DNA of 33,057 bases from a virus (lineage: Duplodnaviria; Caudoviricetes). The notes under the pieces are model-generated. The model made no database searches. It saw only the letters and a list, made by a program, of their open reading frames with translations, and was not told the DNA's origin. Of this stretch, positions 7,792-16,881 are shown piece after piece (positions within the stretch are counted from its first letter, which is position 1; every line of letters starts with the position of its first letter). The translations under genes were made by a program, and so were the position numbers. The stretch covers positions 1 to 33,057 of IMG/VR virus record IMGVR_UViG_3300012943_000049. One strand, given 5' to 3'.

Positions 7792-8165
7792 TTCACCAAC
7801 CCACGCGAACGGGCCAGGGCTTCAGCCGTGTACAGGATCTGCTGTTCGAACGTGTATCCGTGTGGGAAATACTTGATCAAACTGTTCTGGTTGTAGAACC
7901 GGTTGATCTCCGCCAGGTCGGTGACGTTAAACGCGTTGGGCATGGGCGGCGGCAAGCGCAACGTGTGTTTCTTGCCATCAGAACCCGTGACTTCGACGGG
8001 CGGGATGGGGTCAGCTGCGGGCGGCGTAGCCGGTGTATCGGGCGCAGCGTCCACAACTTCGACGATCGCGTACCCGTGGATGACGAGTAGTTCATCGGTC
8101 CATCCGTTCGCACGAAACGTATCAAGCGACGTATGGCCGTCTTTGCCGGTTGCTTTCAGGGTCAT
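7788..8165 (-). CDS. Hypothetical protein whose N-terminus resembles the SSB C-terminal domain
   Basis: TSLDTFRANGWTDELLVIHGYA versus SSB VTYEQFLANGWTDDTLRANGYL; AGGA RBS. Confidence 0.8.
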   Translation of the reverse strand: MTLKATGKDGHTSLDTFRANGWTDELLVIHGYAIVEVVDAAPDTPATPPAADPIPPVEVTGSDGKKHTLRLPPPMPNAFNVTDLAEINRFYNQNSLIKYFPHGYTFEQQILYTAEALARSRGLVK

Positions 8166-8167
8166 GA

Positions 8168-8722
8168 TTATTTCCTATCGTAGTTTGCGGCCAACAGTCG
8201 ACGACCGCGCCAAATGGAGATCTTCAGCTTTTGACATGCAGCTTTGATCGTGAGTTTGTCTTGACGAACCAGCGTGATCAACGACTGGCGCGTTTGTTGG
8301 AGTTCTGCAACCGTGGTGTTCAACCGTTCATGCAGCACGCGACGAGCAAACGGTACCGTCACGCCAAGGATACGAGCCGCTTGACTGATCGTCGCACCTT
8401 CGCTAATCACCTTGCGCAGCTGCGTACAGCGGTCGTAGGGGCGATTCGACACTGTGGTCGACGCCTTGGGTTCATCCGGTAGCACAATCGGAGTACCGCG
8501 CCGCATACGCTCGCGACAGCGGTATACCTGCTTGACCGGAACGTCGATCATCGCAGCGATTTCAACGGCCGTTAGCTTCCGGGGAAACAGCAGCAACAGC
8601 TCAATGACTTCATAATCGGCCCGCGGTAACCCACGTTTACGACCGCGCCGCTGCGACGACCGTTCAGGCACGACCGCTACCGTCAACGGTTGAGCGATCA
8701 TCCAGGCGATTGCCGATGTCAT
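8168..8722 (-). CDS. Multi-HTH DNA-binding protein
   Basis: Three HTH-like segments: LTAVEIAAMIDVPVKQVYR, ATISQAARILGVTVPFARR, LTIKAACQKLKISIWRGRR. Confidence 0.75.
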   Translation of the reverse strand: MTSAIAWMIAQPLTVAVVPERSSQRRGRKRGLPRADYEVIELLLLFPRKLTAVEIAAMIDVPVKQVYRCRERMRRGTPIVLPDEPKASTTVSNRPYDRCTQLRKVISEGATISQAARILGVTVPFARRVLHERLNTTVAELQQTRQSLITLVRQDKLTIKAACQKLKISIWRGRRLLAANYDRK

Positions 8723-8901
8723 TCGAACCCCCGAAGTGCTGCGGTTGAATGGGCGCGGTAGAACGTTACATGATCTCCGCTTTCGCTTTGGATCTTGTCA
8801 AGCGCGGCCCCGCGACTAGGTTTGCTATTCCAAAACGCTAGGTACCGAGCGTGCCACTCCTGATATTCTTCCAGCGTGTGCCAGATTTCATTACGATTCA
8901 T
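8719..8901 (-). CDS. Hypothetical protein, 60 aa
   Basis: Tiles between its neighbours. Confidence 0.65.
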   Translation of the reverse strand: MNRNEIWHTLEEYQEWHARYLAFWNSKPSRGAALDKIQSESGDHVTFYRAHSTAALRGFE

Positions 8902-9271
8902 ACGGTACCCACAGTGTGATGCCGGCGTCTTGAACGCGGCGGGTCATATCGGCGGTGCCCTTACCGCCAGGGAAAGCAATGGCGTAGGTGGGCGCGCAGA
9001 AATCAAGCATCCACTGATTGCGAATGGGTCCGGCGCCACGGTTGTATACGAGCCAGTTAGCGGCTACGCTGATACACGGAATACCTTCTAGCGCCGCGTA
9101 GTTCTCCGCCAATCGATCCGCACCATTGGCTTTGCCCTGGATGATGCACCACTTGTCGTCTGGTCCGATGTGCTTCGAACGGAACGTATCGAGCGCCACT
9201 CGAAAACGATGAACGTCACCAAAGCTACGGCCACCGAAGATCAGCACACGGTGCGTGATGCTCACGACCAA
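8891..9271 (-). CDS. SLOG-superfamily protein (DUF2493/YspA-like)
   Basis: RVLIFGGRSF, IIQGKANGAD, AGPIRNQWML, AFPGGKGTADM. Confidence 0.85.
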   Translation of the reverse strand: MVVSITHRVLIFGGRSFGDVHRFRVALDTFRSKHIGPDDKWCIIQGKANGADRLAENYAALEGIPCISVAANWLVYNRGAGPIRNQWMLDFCAPTYAIAFPGGKGTADMTRRVQDAGITLWVPYES

Positions 9272-9801
9272 TCCCCGTCAAGGTATTTTTGGTAGCCGAT
9301 CTTGCGACCGTTGACGTAGAACCCCCACGTGCCACGATATTTCCACGTGATGAACATCGTCCACACGCCGCCCGCGCTGATCTCTTCGATACGGTGATAC
9401 TGGCCGTACAACACTTGCGCGGTGTCACCAGCTCGCATCGTTCGTAGGTACGTGTTCAGCTCGTCGAGTTCATCATCCAGCAGCGCCGACCAGTGTGGAC
9501 GACGTTCGACGTACCACCCGTCGAGAATGATGGTCCGGGCGTTCCACGGATGGTCGTGCAAATGGCGGGCATCGTCCGGTAGCATGATCCGATGCAACCG
9601 GATGGACGGCAGCGCCTGACGCCACCACGAACGTTTCGGCCGTACCCCGTCGGCCGTTTCGTAGGGGTTAAACAGCCAGTAGCGTTCCATGTACACCCGA
9701 CCGTCGCTATCGGTGATGTGTCGATACGGCGCACGCTTGGCTCGCTGAATGAGCCACCCGGAATGCCGGTGGCAAAGTCGGGCGATGGTTGACCAGAACA
9801 T
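9262..9801 (-). CDS. Cupin-like (double-stranded beta-helix) phage protein
   Basis: LHDHPW...ILDGWYVE and GD...YHRI...WTMFITW give a His-x-His/Glu/His metal-binding pattern. Confidence 0.75.
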   Translation of the reverse strand: MFWSTIARLCHRHSGWLIQRAKRAPYRHITDSDGRVYMERYWLFNPYETADGVRPKRSWWRQALPSIRLHRIMLPDDARHLHDHPWNARTIILDGWYVERRPHWSALLDDELDELNTYLRTMRAGDTAQVLYGQYHRIEEISAGGVWTMFITWKYRGTWGFYVNGRKIGYQKYLDGDWS

Positions 9802-9833
9802 GAGAGGTATTTCCTATTATTTATCGTCTGGGT

Positions 9834-9863
9834 AGTCTAATCCGCTATTTACGCTGGTGTCAA
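9834..9863 (-). promoter_or_regulatory. Sigma70-type promoter with operator-like box
   Basis: Minus strand TTGACA-CCAGCGTAAATAGCGGAT(18)-TAGACT; intergenic. Confidence 0.85.
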
Positions 9864-12251
9864 CTATCCGCGTTGTGCGATTTCGTAGGCTGTGGCCACC
9901 GCGTCAGGCGAATTCAGCGCAAGCAGTTCCTGATTTCCGCGGTGGACGTACAGCAGAGAACGCGACGCGTCAGGTAGTACCGGCCGAGCGGTACGTCCCG
10001 CGATCAACGCCGGATGTTCGATGTAGCCCAGCTGCTTAAGCATGTTGGCGCGGCTTTCACGGGTCATGGTGCGCTTGTTCGCCTCGATCAACAACTTAAG
10101 GTAGTACCCAGACACCCAACCGCCGCGGAACCCCTGGCGGTCTTCCTCAATCGCTTCACCGAATTCAGATTCGATCGTTCCAAGTGAGTCGGCCACGGCT
10201 TGTGATGCCGACGATGTGGTCGGCGCGCGCTGGCAGTTCGTCGCTGGATTGAACTCCGGTTCGATGGGGTACGTCGCCAAGTACCGAGCGATCACCGAGA
10301 ACCCATAGTCAACGCCATACTGCGCCCACGGGCCGGTGCCGCGCGCCCAATGAAATAGTTCGTTCAGGTATTCGGACGTGATGCCATCGCGCACCAGGTC
10401 GCCAACTTCCTGCTGTGGCGTATAGAACACGGCAAATCGTCGATCGTTAGCCGTCTTGCGTACCGCGCCTTTATGGTTGGTGTTGAACAAGAAATTGCCG
10501 CAGATGGTGCGGGATTCCTGATCCACCCCCTTGCCTTCGATTTCCAGGCTTTCACCTGTGATCATCGGTTTTAAGTCTTCGATGATCTCGTCCCGTTGCC
10601 GCGACGGTCCGAAGTCTTCAACGCAATAGAGCATGCGGCCGTACATCCACGAGTTGAATTGCGCGCCGAGTTTTTTAGCCTTGGGCCAGTGTGTGTAGCG
10701 ACGACCAACCGCGAATTCTGCGCACACACTAAAAAACGTTTTGCCGTTACCTTCGACACCTTGTAACACCGGAGCCCAACGAAACTTGACGCCTTTGTGT
10801 TGAACCATCGCCGCAAGGTACGACAGATAAATTTTCCGGTCACGCTCGTTCGGCAGCAGCTTGGCGAGGTGCGTGAGGAATGGAGTTGCGTCCCCTTCGC
10901 GCATCGGGATGTCGATGGGCATGTACAGGTTGACGAGTTGTTCGCTGTTAACGTTGATGACCTGGCCTGATCCGAGATCCGGCCGGAAGCAATGCCCGTT
11001 GACCTGCGGGAAGCGAACCGCGCGTGAGTTCGTGAAGGCTTCCCAAGGATCCACACTGGTCTTGCTGTTCTCGCGATCAAGGATAAACGTATAGCCACCG
11101 AACAGCATGTTGAACTGGCTACGTTTGAGCAAGCCCAAACTGGGAACGTAGGCTTTTTCCGCGCTGATCACAAGCATGCAGCCTTTGAATAGATCCTGCT
11201 GCTGTTCCGGTCCGAGATAGGTAGACCCTTGAACCACCCGCGATTCGAGCGTACGTGTGACGCTGGACACGACGGCAGCGGGTTCGTTAGCTGTGGCGAG
11301 CATGGCAACCGGTTCCGTTTCCTTGTCCTTACAGACATCCCGGTTCAATGATTTCGCTTCCGTGATCGTGTCATACAGGTAGCTAACCCGCGTTTCCCAT
11401 TTCTCACGTACCAGGGCAGAACGTTGCATCAGACGTTCGACACGTGCGCAATCGCGGCCGGTCCAGAACATCAGGTGAGATGCCAACGCCATGTCGGCAC
11501 TACTATGGTCGAAGTCTGTATGCCCGTTCTTGGACGGCCACACTTTGGCCAGGACTTCAGCGTTTGCCGTCCACAGGTCATTGAACGATGCACGGCCACC
11601 GAATACCGCAGCTGCTGACCGTGAAGCACACGCACGGCGTATCAGGTCTTCGTCATCGGTCGGTCCGCGCCATTCTTCAGCGGCGCTGTCGGTCCAGTCA
11701 GGATCGTTGATCCGATCTTTCGGCTTGAAATAATGCGTCGTCAACCACTCGGTAATCTGCGGCTGTATGGGCGTGCGAACGTCGCCGATTGCGTTGGTAC
11801 CCGTGAGCGCGACGAATCGTTTTTCGCTGTACAGTTCCAGGTTCAGGCTAACGTTTTTCTTGGAATGCGCCCCGAGATCGCCAGTGCCGAAGATGTGAAG
11901 ACCACGGCCACTGGCTGATATCTCAACAGCGCACCCCGGCAGCGCCTGACAAAACATCGTGGCCAGGGGCGACCACTGGCCGTCATCCTGCAACGCGCCG
12001 TCTATATCGAGAAACCAGAACGGATCTTGTTCCGTGAACACGAAGGCCACGCCGTAGCCGCCGTGTGCCGCCCACTGGCAAGCGAGGTCTGCCGACATCC
12101 AGTATTGCGGATCGTGGGCGTCGATGATCTCGCCCAGATGATTACAAGGGAACTTCGTTTGCTTGCCGGGTTCTTTGCCTGGGGCAAGTCGATAGCATGT
12201 GAATTGGCGATACTCTGCCAAGCCTGCCAAAGCGGGCGGTAAAGACAGCAT
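9864..12251 (-). CDS. Primase-polymerase fused to SF3 helicase (NrS-1-like architecture)
   Basis: AEP motifs LDID, EISASGRGLHIF, ELYSEKRFVALTG; helical bundle DHSSADMALASHLMFWTG; Walker A GVEGNGKT; motif C FNTNH. Confidence 0.9.
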   Translation of the reverse strand: MLSLPPALAGLAEYRQFTCYRLAPGKEPGKQTKFPCNHLGEIIDAHDPQYWMSADLACQWAAHGGYGVAFVFTEQDPFWFLDIDGALQDDGQWSPLATMFCQALPGCAVEISASGRGLHIFGTGDLGAHSKKNVSLNLELYSEKRFVALTGTNAIGDVRTPIQPQITEWLTTHYFKPKDRINDPDWTDSAAEEWRGPTDDEDLIRRACASRSAAAVFGGRASFNDLWTANAEVLAKVWPSKNGHTDFDHSSADMALASHLMFWTGRDCARVERLMQRSALVREKWETRVSYLYDTITEAKSLNRDVCKDKETEPVAMLATANEPAAVVSSVTRTLESRVVQGSTYLGPEQQQDLFKGCMLVISAEKAYVPSLGLLKRSQFNMLFGGYTFILDRENSKTSVDPWEAFTNSRAVRFPQVNGHCFRPDLGSGQVINVNSEQLVNLYMPIDIPMREGDATPFLTHLAKLLPNERDRKIYLSYLAAMVQHKGVKFRWAPVLQGVEGNGKTFFSVCAEFAVGRRYTHWPKAKKLGAQFNSWMYGRMLYCVEDFGPSRQRDEIIEDLKPMITGESLEIEGKGVDQESRTICGNFLFNTNHKGAVRKTANDRRFAVFYTPQQEVGDLVRDGITSEYLNELFHWARGTGPWAQYGVDYGFSVIARYLATYPIEPEFNPATNCQRAPTTSSASQAVADSLGTIESEFGEAIEEDRQGFRGGWVSGYYLKLLIEANKRTMTRESRANMLKQLGYIEHPALIAGRTARPVLPDASRSLLYVHRGNQELLALNSPDAVATAYEIAQRG

Positions 12252-12268
12252 AAGCGCAGCTCCGCTGT

Positions 12269-12571
12269 TTAGATGGTGGCGATAGCTTCGAGCCGGATGA
12301 CCTTGGGTACACGCCGAGTGCGCGGATCTCCAACGGCCAGCAGTTGCGCGATGATGCGCAGGTCACGCGACTGAATAGCGTGGTCGACCACGGCGTTGCG
12401 CAGTTCCTCAACACCACCGAAATACGCATTAAGCAGCGGCGCAGTACAACCGGCTTCAGCCGCGATAGCGCCCCGCGTCATGGTTTGATAGCCGACCTTG
12501 CGGGCGACTCGAATTGCTGCGTCCAACAACTGAGCGGCCCGCTCATCGTGGTTCATACGTCGATTAGCCAT
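12269..12571 (-). CDS. TetR-like HTH transcriptional regulator
   Basis: LLDAAIRVARKVGYQTMTRGAIAAEAGCTAPLLNAYFGGVEEL matches the TetR N-terminal HTH. Confidence 0.85.
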   Translation of the reverse strand: MANRRMNHDERAAQLLDAAIRVARKVGYQTMTRGAIAAEAGCTAPLLNAYFGGVEELRNAVVDHAIQSRDLRIIAQLLAVGDPRTRRVPKVIRLEAIATI

Positions 12572-13107
12572 TACGCGGCCACTCCCTCAGGTAGATTTTT
12601 GAGCGCCGAATAACTCGGGTGCCCATTGTAAATAGTTGCCACGCCGCCATACGCCTGAACGAGTGCGGCCCATTGCGTCTGCGCTTGCGTGCGTTGGTCG
12701 GGCGTCTTGCCCGGCGTCCAACCGTGGCGTTTGACTTCAACGCTCACGAATTGCCCGATCGTCGCGCCCACGTCGGCAGCGGTAATCACACGCCTGTGGA
12801 TGCCGATCAGGTCGGCGGATTTCATGCGTTTATTCACCGCCGCGCTATCGTTCGCAAGACCGAAGCGCACGACACGCCCGTCGGTACCTTCCATTGCGCC
12901 GACGTTGTTACGCCAGAGCATGACATCCGAGCGTCGGCCCGCTTCGAGTCGCACACGCGATTGAACCGCCGCTTCGGACAAGTCCCCGGCTTCTGGTCCG
13001 TCGATGCCGTTATCAGGTAACGACTGCCATGTCAAACGCTGGCGCAAGTCATCCACGGCAAGCGTCGGAATGCCCCAGTCAGCGGCCCAAACTTCAAACA
13101 TGTTCAT
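12571..13107 (-). CDS. VRR-NUC family PD-(D/E)xK nuclease (putative resolvase)
   Basis: SEAAVQ...LWRNNVG...SADLIG...SVEVK...Q..W..LV...GG. Confidence 0.85.
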   Translation of the reverse strand: MNMFEVWAADWGIPTLAVDDLRQRLTWQSLPDNGIDGPEAGDLSEAAVQSRVRLEAGRRSDVMLWRNNVGAMEGTDGRVVRFGLANDSAAVNKRMKSADLIGIHRRVITAADVGATIGQFVSVEVKRHGWTPGKTPDQRTQAQTQWAALVQAYGGVATIYNGHPSYSALKNLPEGVAA

Positions 13108-13133
13108 AGATAAATAGCCCTTGTGGTTGCCGC

Positions 13134-13163
13134 ATTATGCTTGCCCGTTTACTATATTGTCAA
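13134..13163 (-). promoter_or_regulatory. Sigma70-type promoter with variant operator-like box
   Basis: Minus strand TTGACA-ATATAGTAAACGGGCAAG(18)-CATAAT within the helicase 3' end. Confidence 0.7.
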
Positions 13164-14895
13164 CAGCAAGCGCCGCGTCGACCCGTGAGCGCAGAGCGAT
13201 TGCGTCGGCCGCTTTCAAGGAACACGCGGTCATTACATCAACACCGAACGTCAAATAAAACGCCTTGGCTTGCTCACGATCTGACAACGTACGCGGTGCA
13301 CGCACCGACGCACCCGCGCACCAGGTAGCCATTGATTGACGTAGCTGCGTGATCGCCCGAAGTTTTTCTTCGTGTCGGTTGTAGATGCCGCGGCGGATCA
13401 TGTCGGATGCGCCGTGCGGATAAGTGGGCGGCGCAAAATTGCTATCCATCGTGCCGCGCAGCAACGCCAGGGTTCGGTCGTCCAGTTCGAACACATCACC
13501 GTCGACAGCAGAGATTTCCGTACGCTGCGTGGGCGTCGGCGTGTAGCCGCAGTAAGGGCACGACGACAACATGCGTTCGTACGGCCGACGACAAAGCACG
13601 TTGGGGTTCAAGCACGTACGCAGGCCGATTACGTTGGGGTCTTTCTCCGCAGGCGCACTGCGCCCCGCGCGACGTTCCAACGAGAACACACGACGGACGT
13701 TGTCGGGCATCCCGTGCGTTTTCCAGTTGTTCACGTGGTCGATCACGATGCCCTTGGGTTTCTCGGAACTGGCAATAAAACCCAAGCGCTGTTCGACGGT
13801 GTAGGTGTCCCACCGTTCGGCCAGCCAACGTTCGATCATCAAGCGAACAACGCGGCCGACTTGTTGAGCGTAGAGCGAAAACGATTTTGTGGGTCGTGCC
13901 AAACTAACAACTTTCACGGCGGGTACGTCAAACCCTTCACCGAACAAATCGACATTGATCAACTGCAATACTTCCTTGCGACGGAAGCGGGCCAGAATGT
14001 CACGTCGTAGCGTGTCTGGCGTCTTACCGCTAACCACTTCAGCGGGAATGCCCCGGGCGCGAAACGCGACGGCAAGTTTTCCCGCTTCCTCCAAGTCGAC
14101 GGCAAACGTGATCCCAAGTTCACCAGGCGCGTAGCGCATGTAAGATTCGACCACGTCGCCCACAAGGCGCCGGGATTCATGCGCGGCTTTACTGAGTTGT
14201 TTTTTGTTATAGTCACCGTCTGCCGACAACACGATGCTGTTGAAATCGAAGTCTGGCGGCGGTTCCTCGCAGACGTATCGATAGTCGGTCAGGTACCCCC
14301 AGTTCATTAACTGTCGCGCACCGGGGCCAGCAATGAGCACGTCACACAAACCGTCAGTGGCTCGTCCTAACCCTTTACCGTCTGCTCGCAAAGCTGTGGC
14401 CGTATACATGATGCCGGACGCTTGCGGCATGAGATTGTGCGCCCTGCCCCACTTGTTTAACTTCAAAACGTGGTGGCCTTCGTCCGTATGGATACGTTTC
14501 ACTCGCTTCAAAAACGGATCGTTGGGACGGGCCAACAGAGTGTCTACGCCCGCCACACGAATGTGAGATGACTGGTCAACGAAGTTCACACCAAGCTCGT
14601 CTATTTGTGCTTTTCGAATGCTGCTGACCACGCTATCCGGTGCAATGATGCCGTGACGTAAACCGGCTTCAGCCAAGGCTTTCGATATCTGGCCTACTAA
14701 TTCTTGACGATGTGCCTGCACAATCTGCGGCGCGTCATATGCTTCAGCAAGTGCGGCTTCGATCCGTGTCTTACCGCCCCCCGTAGCAAGTGTGACCATC
14801 ACGTTCGGTGAGCGTTCCGGGTGTGCGTAGGCCAAATCTGCTAACGCTTGTTGAGTCTTTCCGACTAGTTCTGTTTGATAGCCACGTAAGCCCAT
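13135..14895 (-). CDS. Superfamily 2 DNA helicase
   Basis: Q motif LRGYQ, Walker A ATGGGKT, DEGHH, TAT, EGFDVP, QQVGRVVR, Cys cluster C...C...CPYC. ATG 14895 is preferred because ATG 14919 coincides with a -35 box. Confidence 0.92.
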   Translation of the reverse strand: MGLRGYQTELVGKTQQALADLAYAHPERSPNVMVTLATGGGKTRIEAALAEAYDAPQIVQAHRQELVGQISKALAEAGLRHGIIAPDSVVSSIRKAQIDELGVNFVDQSSHIRVAGVDTLLARPNDPFLKRVKRIHTDEGHHVLKLNKWGRAHNLMPQASGIMYTATALRADGKGLGRATDGLCDVLIAGPGARQLMNWGYLTDYRYVCEEPPPDFDFNSIVLSADGDYNKKQLSKAAHESRRLVGDVVESYMRYAPGELGITFAVDLEEAGKLAVAFRARGIPAEVVSGKTPDTLRRDILARFRRKEVLQLINVDLFGEGFDVPAVKVVSLARPTKSFSLYAQQVGRVVRLMIERWLAERWDTYTVEQRLGFIASSEKPKGIVIDHVNNWKTHGMPDNVRRVFSLERRAGRSAPAEKDPNVIGLRTCLNPNVLCRRPYERMLSSCPYCGYTPTPTQRTEISAVDGDVFELDDRTLALLRGTMDSNFAPPTYPHGASDMIRRGIYNRHEEKLRAITQLRQSMATWCAGASVRAPRTLSDREQAKAFYLTFGVDVMTACSLKAADAIALRSRVDAALAVDNIVNGQA

Positions 14896-14911
14896 TTGCC
14901 TAAGATTCCTT

Positions 14912-14957
14912 GTTGACATTAAAGAAATTAACGCATACGATGGCCGCTCATGTCAAC
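14912..14957. promoter_or_regulatory. Overlapping divergent promoter region
   Basis: Plus strand TTGACA(14913)-17-TACGAT(14936). Minus strand TTGACA at 14956-14951. Inverted GTTGACAT/ATGTCAAC around an AT-rich core at the strand switch. Confidence 0.75.
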
Positions 14958-15000
14958 CAACCGGGTTAAGCCCAACCCTCAACTACACGGACGACCAAAG

Positions 15001-15741
15001 ATGGAAATCATCATTCGCATCGACTCCACCAAACCCATCAACAGTGATGAACTCCGCGCAAACGCGGCGTGGCTCATCTCGATCGCTGACGACCCCGAAT
15101 TTTTCACGCGTTACGCTCCCGGCGCGTCGGCCACGGCTACCCCCACGCCGCCCCTCGCTGTTCAAACCGGTTCCGTCGGTGGCGTGCCGACTCCGCCCGC
15201 ACCAGCTGCCCCGGTTCCTGATGTTCCTTCGGTCCCCGCTGCCCCCGCCGCGCCGGTCAGCGATCTGGACGCCGACGGTCTGCCGTGGGATGAGCGCATC
15301 CATAGCAGCGGCAAATCTCGAACCGCCAAAGGCGTGTGGACAAAGCGCAAAGGTGTGGACAACGCGACCTATGCGTCCGTCAGCGTCGAACTGCGTAATC
15401 GTGTCGCCGGTACTGCCGGTGCAACGCCTGTCGTTCCGGCCGCACCCGCTGCCCCGGTTCCTGAAGTGCCCGCCGCACCCACGCTGCCCGTCCCCGCAGC
15501 ACCGGCCGCTGTTCCTTCGGTGCCTGCCGCACCTGCCGCCCCGACGCCCGCCAATGTTCCCGGTGTGCCCATCGACATCCTCGCGATCAATCAAGCTGTG
15601 CAAGCCGGTCGTATCGCGATCGAGGAACTGAACGGCGTTTTGCAAGCGTTCGGCGCGTCATCGATCAGCGACCTGTTCACCAACGAAACGGCTCGTTCGA
15701 TGGTCGCCGCGCACTTCCGTTCCCAAAGCAAGATCGTCTAA
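15001..15741 (+). CDS. Ala/Pro-rich hypothetical replication-module protein
   Basis: Compact domain DLDADGLPWDERIHSSGKSRTAKGVWTKRKGV flanked by PAAPVP repeats. Confidence 0.85.
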   Translation: MEIIIRIDSTKPINSDELRANAAWLISIADDPEFFTRYAPGASATATPTPPLAVQTGSVGGVPTPPAPAAPVPDVPSVPAAPAAPVSDLDADGLPWDERIHSSGKSRTAKGVWTKRKGVDNATYASVSVELRNRVAGTAGATPVVPAAPAAPVPEVPAAPTLPVPAAPAAVPSVPAAPAAPTPANVPGVPIDILAINQAVQAGRIAIEELNGVLQAFGASSISDLFTNETARSMVAAHFRSQSKIV

Positions 15742-15746
15742 ACGCC

Positions 15747-16868
15747 ATGGCACACGCCGAACTGCCGCCGTCGGGTTCTGCCGCTTGGGTCAAGTGTTCG
15801 CTTTGGCCCGAGATGAACAAACTTTACCCGTCGGTGGATACCGAAAAATCAGAGGAAGGTACGGCCGCACATTGGCTGCTTACGGTTGGGCGAACGCGGG
15901 AGTCGCTATCGCCCTATTTAAACACCGAAGCACCTAACGGCGTGCCGATCACCGACGCTATGATTGACGGTGCGGTCCTGTTCTGGGAAACGGCGTTGCG
16001 CCTTGGTTCGGCAGATACGAACTACGTGGTCGAGCAACGGTTGCCCCCATCCGATTATTTCGGTTTGCTCGTGTGGGGGACGCCGGATCTGTTTTTCTGG
16101 ACGGACGGAGTGAACCTGTACGTCGTCGATTACAAGTTCGGTCACGGATTCGTTGATGCGGTCGAATGCTGGCAGTTGATCGTTTACGTTTGTCTGTTGC
16201 TCGATTGGTATCAGGTCAACGGGACGCAGGAACAGCACTTAAACGTCCACATGACGATTGTTCAACCGCGTAATTACCACCGCGACGGTCCGGTTCGAAC
16301 GTGGACTGTGAAAGCTTCGGATCTGCGTGCACAACGCAATCTGATCGCGGCGGCTGCGGGCGATTACGAAACCGGCGTACGTCGCGCTCGTACAGGCGAT
16401 CACTGCGAATACTGTCCAGGTGCTTCGCGGTGCCCGACGCTGCAACAGGTCGGCTATCGTGCGGTCGACGTAAGCGAATACGCAACGCCATTTCAATTAC
16501 CCGCGGGAGCCGCTGGTTTTGAGTTGCGTACGCTTACGGCCGCACGCGACCGCCTGAACGCTCGTATCAACGGCTTACGCGACGAAGTGTTAGCCCAGTG
16601 TGAACGCGGCGTGTTCGATGCAGGATTCGTTATCGAACGCGGTGAAGGTCGCGAAACGTGGACGGTGCCCCATTCGAACATCGTCAACTTGGAGAAAATG
16701 TTCAACGTCAAGCTATTCAACGATCCGAAACCCCTTACGCCGCGACAGGCGCGTGATCTCGGTATCCACAAGGATTTCATCCAACCGATGACGCGCCGTG
16801 GTCAAGGCGAACCAACGCTGGTCCCATTCAGCCAATCCCGCGCCGCCAAAATCTTCGGCGGCAAATAA
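15747..16868 (+). CDS. DUF2800 / Cas4-like PD-(D/E)xK exonuclease
   Basis: HAELPPSGSAAWVKC, EGTAAH, VEQRL, WGTPD, VDYKFG, QLIVY, IVQPR, HCEYCPGASRCP. Confidence 0.88.
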   Translation: MAHAELPPSGSAAWVKCSLWPEMNKLYPSVDTEKSEEGTAAHWLLTVGRTRESLSPYLNTEAPNGVPITDAMIDGAVLFWETALRLGSADTNYVVEQRLPPSDYFGLLVWGTPDLFFWTDGVNLYVVDYKFGHGFVDAVECWQLIVYVCLLLDWYQVNGTQEQHLNVHMTIVQPRNYHRDGPVRTWTVKASDLRAQRNLIAAAAGDYETGVRRARTGDHCEYCPGASRCPTLQQVGYRAVDVSEYATPFQLPAGAAGFELRTLTAARDRLNARINGLRDEVLAQCERGVFDAGFVIERGEGRETWTVPHSNIVNLEKMFNVKLFNDPKPLTPRQARDLGIHKDFIQPMTRRGQGEPTLVPFSQSRAAKIFGGK

Positions 16869-16881
16869 GGAGAATAGCCTC

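Noticed and set aside
12269-12571. TetR-like gene as evidence of lysogeny
   Set aside because: No integrase, CI/Cro pair or att site is in the window, so lifestyle cannot be determined.
2030-13165. Shared peptide VDTGVN/VDTRVN/VDNIVN at three protein C-termini
   Set aside because: It is the translation of the embedded promoter motif, not a protein motif.
14919-14952. ORF-track starts MST... for the helicase and the Ala/Pro-rich protein
   Set aside because: Both ATGTCAAC sequences are reverse complements of -35 boxes; ATG 14895 and 15001 fit better.
15747-16868. Cas4-like gene as part of a CRISPR-Cas system
   Set aside because: No array or other cas genes; the context is the standard exonuclease-SSB-polymerase module.
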